A stretch of 64,000 nt of DNA from Actinomycetes bacterium (GTDB lineage: Bacteria; Actinomycetota; Acidimicrobiia; Acidimicrobiales; JAMCPL01). Numbering within the stretch: position 1 is the stretch's first letter; each line of letters starts with the position of its first letter. The position numbers and the translations under genes were made by a program. The notes below the pieces were generated by a model. The model was not told the DNA's origin and did no database searches. It saw only the letters and a program-made list of their open reading frames with translations. Positions 48,761-56,795 of the stretch are shown in pieces. The DNA lies in the NCBI GenBank assembly GCA_021841005.1, contig JAKBVZ010000010.1:6302-70301 (forward strand), given 5' to 3'.

Positions 48761-48871
48761 CGGTACAACCGCACCAGGCATTACGGGCAAGGCCACATAC
48801 CGATTGCAATTGGCTATGACGGCACGATAGAACTTCGGTACAACCGCACCAGGCATTACAGGCAAGGCCAC
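48761..48871 (+). repeat. 36-bp direct repeat pair (35/36 identical) separated by a 39-bp unique insert (period 75)
   Basis: CGGTACAACCGCACCAGGCATTAC(G/A)GGCAAGGCCAC occurs at 48761-48796 and 48836-48871. Confidence 0.9.
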
Positions 48872-48876
48872 CGCAC

Positions 48877-48910
48877 GACAGGACCTCATTGACAGGACCT
48901 CATTGACAGG
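48877..48910. repeat. 14-bp tandem duplication (x2.4) spanning the stop codon of the PHP-domain gene
   Basis: GACAGGACCTCATT at 48877-48890 and 48891-48904, then GACAGG. The minus-strand stop is at 48900-48902. Confidence 0.9.
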
Positions 48911-49772
48911 TCGGCAGGGCAACACCGCCATACGACTGGCATCGTTTCACAAGTTGCTCCAGTACCGAATCGGGCACATGGAGATCTCCCGTGCCGGTAC
49001 CCACCATGATGCCAGGCTTGTAAGTGCCATGAAAGTCCGAGCCACCGGTGGCAATCATGGAATGGGCATCCGCCAGATCTGCCAACCAAGCACGCTCTTC
49101 AGGTGAATAGGTGGAATAGTAGGCTTCGATCCCGTCAAATCCCTCACCTGCCAGTTGCTCGACAAGCGATCCCAGTTCCCGATCGCGCAAGCCGGTACGT
49201 AAAGGGTGTGCCAGCACAATTGCACTCCCCGATAGCCTGGAGAGCTCGACCAGCCTGTCAGTCCCCAGCAACTCCCTCGGCACGTAAGCCGGTCGGCCTG
49301 CGCCCAGCCATACCCCAAACGCCTCCTCAATGTTGCCGGCATACCCCTTCCGTACCATCACGGATGCCACATGAGGCCGTCCTGCGCTCTCCTCGTTACC
49401 CGCCTCATCAATCAGCTCGTCATAGGAGATATCCATCCCCAATCCCTGCAGCACGGCAACCATCTCGACGTTCCTGGCCACCCTGCTCCTACGCAACCTG
49501 GCCAATTCCATGGCAAGAGGCGCATCGGAAGGCAGGAAATATGCGAGAGCATGCGCACTCTGCACAGGTGATATCCTGAACGATACTTCACACCCGGGCA
49601 CAAGAGTGATCCCGAGGCGCTCTGCAGACGCCGTAGCGGCAGGAATCCCTTCAAGGGTGTCGTGATCGGTAAGCGAGAGGGCACTACATCCTGCTCGTGC
49701 CGCCAGCTCACACACCTGTTCCGGACTACTGGACCCGTCTGAACATACGGAGTGGGTATGGAGGTCGATCAC
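48900..49772 (-). CDS. PHP-domain phosphoesterase (TrpH/YciV-like)
   Basis: MIDLHTHSVCSDG metal-binding motif; 290 aa. Confidence 0.8.
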   Translation of the reverse strand: MIDLHTHSVCSDGSSSPEQVCELAARAGCSALSLTDHDTLEGIPAATASAERLGITLVPGCEVSFRISPVQSAHALAYFLPSDAPLAMELARLRRSRVARNVEMVAVLQGLGMDISYDELIDEAGNEESAGRPHVASVMVRKGYAGNIEEAFGVWLGAGRPAYVPRELLGTDRLVELSRLSGSAIVLAHPLRTGLRDRELGSLVEQLAGEGFDGIEAYYSTYSPEERAWLADLADAHSMIATGGSDFHGTYKPGIMVGTGTGDLHVPDSVLEQLVKRCQSYGGVALPTCQ

Positions 49773-52213
49773 GAGTGCCGGCCAACGACATCGACAATAT
49801 CCATCACACGAGGTATCTTACCTCTCCAGGTCCGATCGACATCGCTCATGTCGAGATCCACCAAACCGGCAATCACGACCCTCTCCCCGCCGGCAACTCC
49901 AAGCACAGCCGCAGGGATACCATTGCGTTCCGCCTCTCTTATAAGCGCTCTGGGATCATCCGTACAGGCGAGAACGCGCGAAGCCGATTCGCTGAAAAGC
50001 TCAGCATGATCCGAAACTCCCTCCACCGTCGCTCCTATGCCCGACCACAGGCAAAGCTCCGCCAGAGCTACGCCTATCCCACCCTCGGACACATCGTGAA
50101 CAGCGCTGACACTTCCTTCGCGTATACCCGACGCTGTCCCGGCCACTAGAGAGGCAATCCATCCCACAAGGCGACCATGAAATTCAAGATCCAGCTTGGG
50201 TGGAGCACCTCCTTTCCTGCCATACAAATCGACAGCCCACCTGGAACCTCCCAACCTGGTATCGGTGGTACCTAGCAGGACTATGTACCCGCCCTCGACA
50301 AGGCGAGGATGGGTAGGAACGCTGGACTTGCCTGCTTCCAATTTTCTCAGACCAAGCATTGTGACCACCGGCGTCGGATTTATGTCACGGCCGCCACTTT
50401 CGTTGTAAAGGCTTACATTGCCGCCCACCACGGGTACCGACAACGCCTTGCAGGCATCCGAAATGCCATCGACCGACCTTGACAGCTGCCACATGACTTC
50501 CTCGTGTTCCGGGTTGCCGAAGTTGAGGCAGTCGACCAGAGCGTAAGGCCGCGCACCCATACAGGCTACATTGATAGCGGACTCGGCCACTATATAAGCC
50601 GCACCGATATATGGATCGAGGGCGCACAGGCGCGGCGCGGAATCAGTGGAAAGCGCTATGGCCTTCGTACTTGCCGCCTCGGGCATACCCGGTACATCCA
50701 GCCTCAACAAGGCGGCATCTCCACCTGGACCTGCAATAGTCGCACACCAGAGCTGATGGTCATACTGCTCATATACCCATGCCGGATCTGCAAGCATACC
50801 CAGTATATCGTCACCTGCATCATCTGGAGGCGGGATTCCATCGGGATCATCCGCATCATGGTAATCATTGCGAGGCGGATACATTGGCCTGTCGTATATG
50901 ATGGCCCCATCAGCCAGGGAAGCAGCAGGCACATCGGCAACTACCTCACCCGTTTCACCATCTCTCACCACCAGCCTGCCGGTACCATCAGCTCCACCTG
51001 CAGACACTTTGCCGACAGCCACGGCCCTTACCTCGTGATGCCTGCAGACCTCCTCGACTATGAGCTGATCCTCTGGTGCCACTATGGCCAGCATCCTCTC
51101 CTGGCTCTCCGATGTCAGTATCTCCAGGGCGCTCATAGGAGTTTCCCTCAACGGAACCTTGGACACATCCACTTCCATGGATGTCCCCCCCCTCGCTGCA
51201 GTTTCACTGGTGGCACAGCTCAGACCGGCCCCGCCAAGGTCCTGCAGGCCCTGAAGAAGACCCCGACCGGCCAGGTCCAGGCAAGCTTCGATCAAGCGCT
51301 TCTCCTCAAAGGGATCTCCCACCTGTACGCTGGGCCGCTTGTCCTCGTCTCCTTCCCGGAAGCCGGAGGAAGCCAGTATGCTCACCCCTCCGATCCCGTC
51401 CCGCCCCGTGAGCGAACCGAGCAACACTGCAAGTCCTCCATCGTACGAAGCCTTGCCCAGGACTATGCGATCCTTGCGCACCACCCCCACGCATACCACG
51501 TTCACCAGAGGATTCTGCTCATAGCAGGGCAGGAACGTGAGTTCGCCGCCGACAGTAGGTACGCCCACAGAATTACCGTATGACGATATGCCGCTCACCA
51601 CTCCATCAAAGAGCATCTTCACGTGCGCGCCACCAAGATCCCCGAAGAACAACGGATCCATAAGGGCGATAGGCCGTGCTCCGACAGAGAGAATGTCTCG
51701 TATGATCCCACCGACTCCCGTTGCGGCGCCTTGCTTCGGCTCTACGGCGGATGGATGGTTGTGGCTCTCCATGCGGATGGCCACCGCCATTCCATCTCCC
51801 ACGTCCACCACCCCTGCATTCTCACCGGGACCAAGCAATACTTGAGGAGCATCTACAGGGAATCTCTTGAGGTGAATGCGGGAAGACTTGTAAGAACAGT
51901 GCTCGCTCCACATCACGCTGTACATAGCCAACTCAGCCGGTGAGGGCTCGCGCCCCAGTTCAGCAAGTAAGTGCTCATACTCCTCGCTGGTCATCCCCAG
52001 TTCTCTATAGAGGTTCGGCGGAATTGCCTCGCCGCGGAAGCCCGAGTATCCTGCTACCTCGGGTGAGACTACGGCCTGTTTCCCTCCTATCCGGGTAGGC
52101 GGCACACGCACACTCTCTGTGCTCTTCTCTACAGTTTCTATACGATCAGCCGTGGTTCGATCAGCCAGTATTTTAGCGGTCGGTATTCGGGTCTCCGATT
52201 CCATGCCTACCAT
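49769..52213 (-). CDS. purL: Phosphoribosylformylglycinamidine synthase subunit PurL
   Basis: PurL motifs (MWSEHCSYKSS, ESHNHPS, repeated AIR-synthase-like domains). The N-terminus is about 60 aa longer than usual. Confidence 0.9.
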   Translation of the reverse strand: MVGMESETRIPTAKILADRTTADRIETVEKSTESVRVPPTRIGGKQAVVSPEVAGYSGFRGEAIPPNLYRELGMTSEEYEHLLAELGREPSPAELAMYSVMWSEHCSYKSSRIHLKRFPVDAPQVLLGPGENAGVVDVGDGMAVAIRMESHNHPSAVEPKQGAATGVGGIIRDILSVGARPIALMDPLFFGDLGGAHVKMLFDGVVSGISSYGNSVGVPTVGGELTFLPCYEQNPLVNVVCVGVVRKDRIVLGKASYDGGLAVLLGSLTGRDGIGGVSILASSGFREGDEDKRPSVQVGDPFEEKRLIEACLDLAGRGLLQGLQDLGGAGLSCATSETAARGGTSMEVDVSKVPLRETPMSALEILTSESQERMLAIVAPEDQLIVEEVCRHHEVRAVAVGKVSAGGADGTGRLVVRDGETGEVVADVPAASLADGAIIYDRPMYPPRNDYHDADDPDGIPPPDDAGDDILGMLADPAWVYEQYDHQLWCATIAGPGGDAALLRLDVPGMPEAASTKAIALSTDSAPRLCALDPYIGAAYIVAESAINVACMGARPYALVDCLNFGNPEHEEVMWQLSRSVDGISDACKALSVPVVGGNVSLYNESGGRDINPTPVVTMLGLRKLEAGKSSVPTHPRLVEGGYIVLLGTTDTRLGGSRWAVDLYGRKGGAPPKLDLEFHGRLVGWIASLVAGTASGIREGSVSAVHDVSEGGIGVALAELCLWSGIGATVEGVSDHAELFSESASRVLACTDDPRALIREAERNGIPAAVLGVAGGERVVIAGLVDLDMSDVDRTWRGKIPRVMDIVDVVGRHS

Positions 52214-52331
52214 TATGGCCCAAAATCACCATTGGGGTACTAGGTGCCTGGCGTCGAACGACCGACGCCCCGAAAAAGGCAGCTGCTAACATGCTTGGTT
52301 CACCCAGCTATCTGATATTTGCAGGCTGGAA

Positions 52332-52360
52332 ACCGGCATGGCGGTATAGTGGTAATTTGC
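52332..52360 (+). promoter_or_regulatory. Conserved 29-mer with a -10-like TATAGT, upstream of nfo
   Basis: ACCGGCATGGCGGTATAGTGGTAATTTGC matches 56673-56701 at 27/29 positions. Confidence 0.4.
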
Positions 52361-52396
52361 TGACGGAGCAGGCGGGCAACGAAGTGAGATGGGCAG

Positions 52397-53350
52397 ATGA
52401 TTATCGGAGCACACGTAGGTACCAGTGGCGGGATTGCAAAGTCCGTGGAACGGGGAGCAGCAATGGGGGCGGGAGCGATACAGATATTCACCCACAACCC
52501 TCGTCAATGGCGGGGACCAGGGCTGGATGGTGTTGCCATAGAAGACCTGAAGAAGGCACTAGAAGCTGAACCTGCAATCGCCTCGATAGTCACCCATGTC
52601 ACCTACCTGGTCAATCTAGCCTCTCTGGACCCCGACATTTACGACCGCTCCAGGGTCAGCCTCGCATGCAATCTTGCGGCAGCTACGGCCATAGCCGCCT
52701 CCGGTGCGGTCCTGCATCCAGGCAGCCACAAGGGAGCAGGTTTCGAGAGTTGCAAGGCACGCATAGTGGATGGGATCTCCTGGGCCTTCGAGCATGCAGG
52801 CGACAGCCATATCGTTGGCGAGCAACTGGCCTACAGGGTAGCAGTGCAGGGTCAAGTCTCTACACTGCTACTGGAGAATACCGCTGGTGCCGGGGGAACG
52901 GTAGGCAGGAGCTTTGATGAATTGGCTACGCTGATCGAGATGCTCGATTCCAAGAGTCTATCTGGTCGCATTGGGGTATGCCTGGATACGCAGCACTTGT
53001 GGGCTTCGGGGAAGGACTACACATCAGTACCATCCGCTGACCACGTAATCGATGAATTCGACCAGGCCATCGGGCTGGACAAGCTGGAGTGCCTACACCT
53101 GAACGATTCCAAGGTTCCATGCGGAGCCATGCGCGATCGGCATGCCAATATCGGAGAAGGCATGATCGGAAAGCAGGGCTTGGCCGCCCTGCTGGGCCAT
53201 CCTCGCCTTGGTAGTCTCACTGCAATCCTTGAGGTGCCCGGTGACGGGCATGGACCCGACCGCAATCAGGTGGATATAGCAAGGGAAACCCTGGAACAAG
53301 GGATCGCAATGCGCGCTGGTTTGGCCAATGACGTCCAGCCAGGAGTATGA
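52397..53350 (+). CDS. nfo: Deoxyribonuclease IV (endonuclease IV)
   Basis: MIIGAHVGTSGG start and Nfo metal-ligand motifs (LHPGSH, LENTAG, CLDTQH, LHLNDS). Confidence 0.9.
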   Translation: MIIGAHVGTSGGIAKSVERGAAMGAGAIQIFTHNPRQWRGPGLDGVAIEDLKKALEAEPAIASIVTHVTYLVNLASLDPDIYDRSRVSLACNLAAATAIAASGAVLHPGSHKGAGFESCKARIVDGISWAFEHAGDSHIVGEQLAYRVAVQGQVSTLLLENTAGAGGTVGRSFDELATLIEMLDSKSLSGRIGVCLDTQHLWASGKDYTSVPSADHVIDEFDQAIGLDKLECLHLNDSKVPCGAMRDRHANIGEGMIGKQGLAALLGHPRLGSLTAILEVPGDGHGPDRNQVDIARETLEQGIAMRAGLANDVQPGV

Positions 53351-53500
53351 CAAGAGAAGGAACTGCGGATAATGGCGGTTAGGGCGCGTCGAAGGTCTTC
53401 TATTTGCCAGCGGCAGCATTATATTTGGGCTTCTGGTCGTACTGGCAATCGTGGCATTCGGGAGGTTGTTCTGACGGGGAATCCGTAGACGTCAGATATA

Positions 53501-53836
53501 TCAGATATAGGGGAACGCCAACAGCGGATTGACCGTACAGGTAACCTTCTGCGCTTCCTCGCAGCCAACTGGCGAGAAACTGCACCAGGCAAGCCTCAGT
53601 GGATCGGTGAGACTAATGGGATCACCGCCCATATGCAGGTAGGGCTAGTCTGTGATGCCTACGAGGGCATCTACGGAGGTGAACTGACCGGTAGCCGGGC
53701 CATACCAGTGAGCACGGAGGTGGTAGATCCCGGAAATGCTGTCTAGATACTGTCCGTCGTCGAGGAACCGGTTGGCCTGGACCGCACAGGAAGGACATAG
53801 GGACGGGCCGGAGGGAGAGTGGCTCGAGGGCTGCAT
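53501..53836 (-). pseudogene. Orphan Rhs/YD-repeat core C-terminal remnant, interrupted by an in-frame TAG (53645-53647)
   Basis: Translation GQYLDSISGIYHLRAHWYGPATGQFTSVDALVGITD*PYLHMGGDPISLTDPLRL matches the Rhs core end pattern (LYYYRARYYDP..GRF.S.DP....LY.Y....P....DP.GL). A stop lies immediately upstream (53840-53842), so no Rhs body is attached. Confidence 0.65.
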
Positions 53837-53893
53837 ATGTCATCACAGGAAGCAGCTAGATGGCCCTCTACCAGCGTGGCCATCTATGGACAG

Positions 53894-54439
53894 TTATAGA
53901 TGGTGGCCCTGCTGTATCGTTACACCATGCTGCGGATTTACAACGAAGCTGACCTCATATACCAGTCCACTGCGCACATGAACGGGGTATCCGTATTTGG
54001 CTAGAAGATTCGGATTGTCCACGGCGACCTCGAACATCTCGCGCCTTTGACGTATGTAGTGGTCTGCAAGTACCTGTGCGCCATTCACTTTCCTGCCTGT
54101 CGGGATCCATTGCCATCCATCGGTCAGGAGCGTCTTACGGTACCACGACAGTAGCTGTCTCCATGTGGCTTTACATTCAAGTACCGTACTTGCATAGGCT
54201 GGTTGCATCCCATGCGGACCGAGTGAGGTACCTGACGCTATCCAGTAAAGTGCTTTAGACCCCGGATGATACAAATGGGAAAACCGGGAGGAGATTACAA
54301 ACACTTGGGATGGGACAGGCGGTACTGTTTCAGCCGTAGCAGATGCACACCCGCTCGACAGCAGGCTCAATGAAGCCAGTAGAGCAAGGCAGGCCAGTAT
54401 GCGCAGGATTTGGCTCGACGTAACCGTAGATCGCGTCAT
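53894..54439 (-). CDS. Hypothetical lipoprotein
   Basis: Signal peptide with lipobox LLSSGC; 181 aa. Confidence 0.6.
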   Translation of the reverse strand: MTRSTVTSSQILRILACLALLASLSLLSSGCASATAETVPPVPSQVFVISSRFSHLYHPGSKALYWIASGTSLGPHGMQPAYASTVLECKATWRQLLSWYRKTLLTDGWQWIPTGRKVNGAQVLADHYIRQRREMFEVAVDNPNLLAKYGYPVHVRSGLVYEVSFVVNPQHGVTIQQGHHL

Positions 54440-54467
54440 TGTTATGCCACGTTATACTGGAATAGCA

Positions 54468-55250
54468 CTATCCAGGCTGTTTCCCCGGCACGAATGACAT
54501 CTTCATGTAGTCGATCTGCCATATCCCGCTCGTGCCGTTGAACCTGAGTGACCAGTTGTATATCCTCGAGTGATCGCTTGGCGACCACTGGCACTTGAAC
54601 GCATAGGCGCCGTTGCTTGCGGCGGTCTTGGCAGCAACACACTGCGAGAAGGAGCCTCCGAGTATCGCACTGGCGGTGGCTTCATTGCCCGAGACATTGA
54701 CGTAGTTCCACTGGTAGATCGACACTACGGCGGGGCCGGCAATCCACGGGGTGACTGACTTGCTGCAGGGAGCTACCTTGGTAGGTTGATTCAGGCTTTG
54801 GCCGGAAATCTCTTGAGGCAGAGCAACCCCGGTGAAGTACTTCTTCACCTCGGCGATATAGTAGGTATTTGCCAAATCGGCTGCCTGCTGGGTGATGTTG
54901 ACTCCCCCGCCAAGCGAAGCCGGGCAGAGATACCACGGGGAACTGGTGGCCGTAATCTCCTTCTGGAGCGCTCCACGGAAATCGGGTAATACAAGACCAT
55001 GCGACATGCGTATTGGGCTGACCATCGTGTTCGCATCGACACTCATCGCTTGGATGAGGTCGTATTTGACCTGGTTCACCGCAGCGGTACTGGAGGGAGT
55101 CGTGGCCACTGCAGCGGCCAACTCGTAACCACCGCCACCTGCCGCCAGGAATGCGGCGGCTATGGCCAACATCCCCTTGCGCGGACCTCGTGCCCGCTTC
55201 TCTTTGCCTGCCTCCTGCACTCCGTATTCCCCGGTCACACCTGTATACAT
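54468..55250 (-). CDS. Hypothetical secreted or membrane-anchored protein
   Basis: N-terminal hydrophobic anchor MLAIAAAFLAAGGGG; 260 aa, no known motif. Confidence 0.55.
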   Translation of the reverse strand: MYTGVTGEYGVQEAGKEKRARGPRKGMLAIAAAFLAAGGGGYELAAAVATTPSSTAAVNQVKYDLIQAMSVDANTMVSPIRMSHGLVLPDFRGALQKEITATSSPWYLCPASLGGGVNITQQAADLANTYYIAEVKKYFTGVALPQEISGQSLNQPTKVAPCSKSVTPWIAGPAVVSIYQWNYVNVSGNEATASAILGGSFSQCVAAKTAASNGAYAFKCQWSPSDHSRIYNWSLRFNGTSGIWQIDYMKMSFVPGKQPG

Positions 55251-55272
55251 TGAGTCGGCCTCCTTTGCTGGG

Positions 55273-56121
55273 TCAATCCGCGGGATTGATATGGATCATG
55301 TAGATATGCATATGGTAGAACTCGGTCCTGCTTAGATACGGCTTGAGGGTCCAGAAAACGAGCAACCTGTTGTTGGTGTGAGTATCGACCAGATCGCCAT
55401 GCCAGGCGGGGTGCGGCTTGTAGGTCGCGGGCTGGCCTGGCCTGCCGGCGGCCTGGATGCTCAGATGCGATGCTCCGGAAATACCAGAGCCGCTCCAGTT
55501 GTACGCGTAGACGTCTCCTGGCTGCATCTGCGCAGGAGTCGACGGAGCCATATTCCTTTCACCTCTGCTGTTGAAATAGTTGAACTCGCCTACCACCGTG
55601 GCACGTGGCTGCCCCTGGCTGTTCTTCGTGTGGAGATAGTGATTGAGGAATGCCTGCACATTCACCCATGATACGCTGTCGTAACCATTTACGGCTGGAG
55701 TCCACGAAGACATATAAATATACTCGTCTATTGACTCTTTTACCAGTGCAGTCTTGTTGTTCTTCGGGATGCCCCACCATGACGAACCGCTAGCGGCATT
55801 GCCCGGGAAATTGGACCATTTCATTCGCCCGCCAGCACTCGTGTTGTCCCCAAGGTTCATGGCTTGGGACACGAAGTTTGTACAGTCCGAGTTGAACGAT
55901 ACGTAGTTGCTGTCATACTTGTACACATGCGCATCAGCCCAGAGTGCAGCCTTCGTGCCGTCGTAGCAACCGCTCAGCAGCACTGTGAACAGCAAGAGAA
56001 CACCTATCGATCTCGATGTTGCCGAGGAACGCAACCTGCTTGCTGTACGCACCGGCTTGCCGCACGCTTCTGCAGCGAAATCCTTCATACACCCCATAGA
56101 GGCCCCCATCACCCTTCGCAT
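55273..56121 (-). CDS. Secreted putative amidase-domain protein (lipoprotein)
   Basis: Lipobox LLSGC. The Cys motif DCTNFVSQAM and a downstream His (ASHLSI) are typical of the putative amidase domain family. Confidence 0.65.
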   Translation of the reverse strand: MRRVMGASMGCMKDFAAEACGKPVRTASRLRSSATSRSIGVLLLFTVLLSGCYDGTKAALWADAHVYKYDSNYVSFNSDCTNFVSQAMNLGDNTSAGGRMKWSNFPGNAASGSSWWGIPKNNKTALVKESIDEYIYMSSWTPAVNGYDSVSWVNVQAFLNHYLHTKNSQGQPRATVVGEFNYFNSRGERNMAPSTPAQMQPGDVYAYNWSGSGISGASHLSIQAAGRPGQPATYKPHPAWHGDLVDTHTNNRLLVFWTLKPYLSRTEFYHMHIYMIHINPAD

Positions 56122-56137
56122 TATGATGTAATCATAT

Positions 56138-56155
56138 TCTCTCTCTCTCTCTCTC
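56138..56155. repeat. (TC)9 dinucleotide microsatellite upstream of the amidase-domain lipoprotein gene
   Basis: Eighteen nucleotides of perfect TC repeat, 17-34 nt upstream of the ORF start at 56121 (minus strand). Confidence 0.9.
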
Positions 56156-56672
56156 GATAGGGCCTTTTGTCACAACATACTTTATCTTATATTTATGTTA
56201 GAGCAGATAGATACACGTGGTGTGCCTGATACCTGGCAAGGACATACCTGTGATCACACAGTACGATTCCACGATATAACAGATAATGAACACACCAAAA
56301 CGATCGTTATCAGATATGGCGAATACGCTTGTGTTGACAGTGGGCATCGTCACTCGTAGTCGTGCGGGCAGTATATACAAGGTCATGGCCGCGAGTCACG
56401 GCCATGACCTGTGTTTTAGGATACAAATAATCTTGGACAGAGAGGCACTGGTCAGGAGTTCTGATTATCCCAACTAAGCCTGCCAGTGCCTCTGACTGGC
56501 CATGTGAGACGCGAGGAAGCTGAGCATCCCCGCTGGGTCGCTTCCCCGGCGGAAGCTCTCCAGTCGGTTCATCATCCATCATAGGATCCCCACAATCAGC
56601 AGATTGCGCCTATCAACCACGGATATGATTCTACAGCGATACTTGCCACGCAGGATTGCATTCCCTGTACAG

Positions 56673-56701
56673 ACCGGTATGGCGGTATAATGGTAATTTG
56701 C
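56673..56701 (+). promoter_or_regulatory. Conserved 29-mer with a -10-like TATAAT, upstream of fumC
   Basis: ACCGGTATGGCGGTATAATGGTAATTTGC. It is the partner of 52332-52360 and lies 95 nt upstream of the fumC ATG. Confidence 0.4.
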
Positions 56702-56795
56702 CGGTAGCATCAGCTTTTGCCCGGAACGGCAAACCCGCCTTACCATATGAGTGCCGGGCATTTGCAGCCTGGCCGGCAAACATATAGGAGGTAAC

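Noticed and set aside
52214-52396. A ZTP or purine-type riboswitch in the purL leader
   Set aside because: On the purL (minus) strand I could not find the ZTP pseudoknot consensus (GGGUCGUGACUGGCG ... CCGCCUGGGC), a purine riboswitch three-way junction or a terminator. Only a 7-bp hairpin is present.
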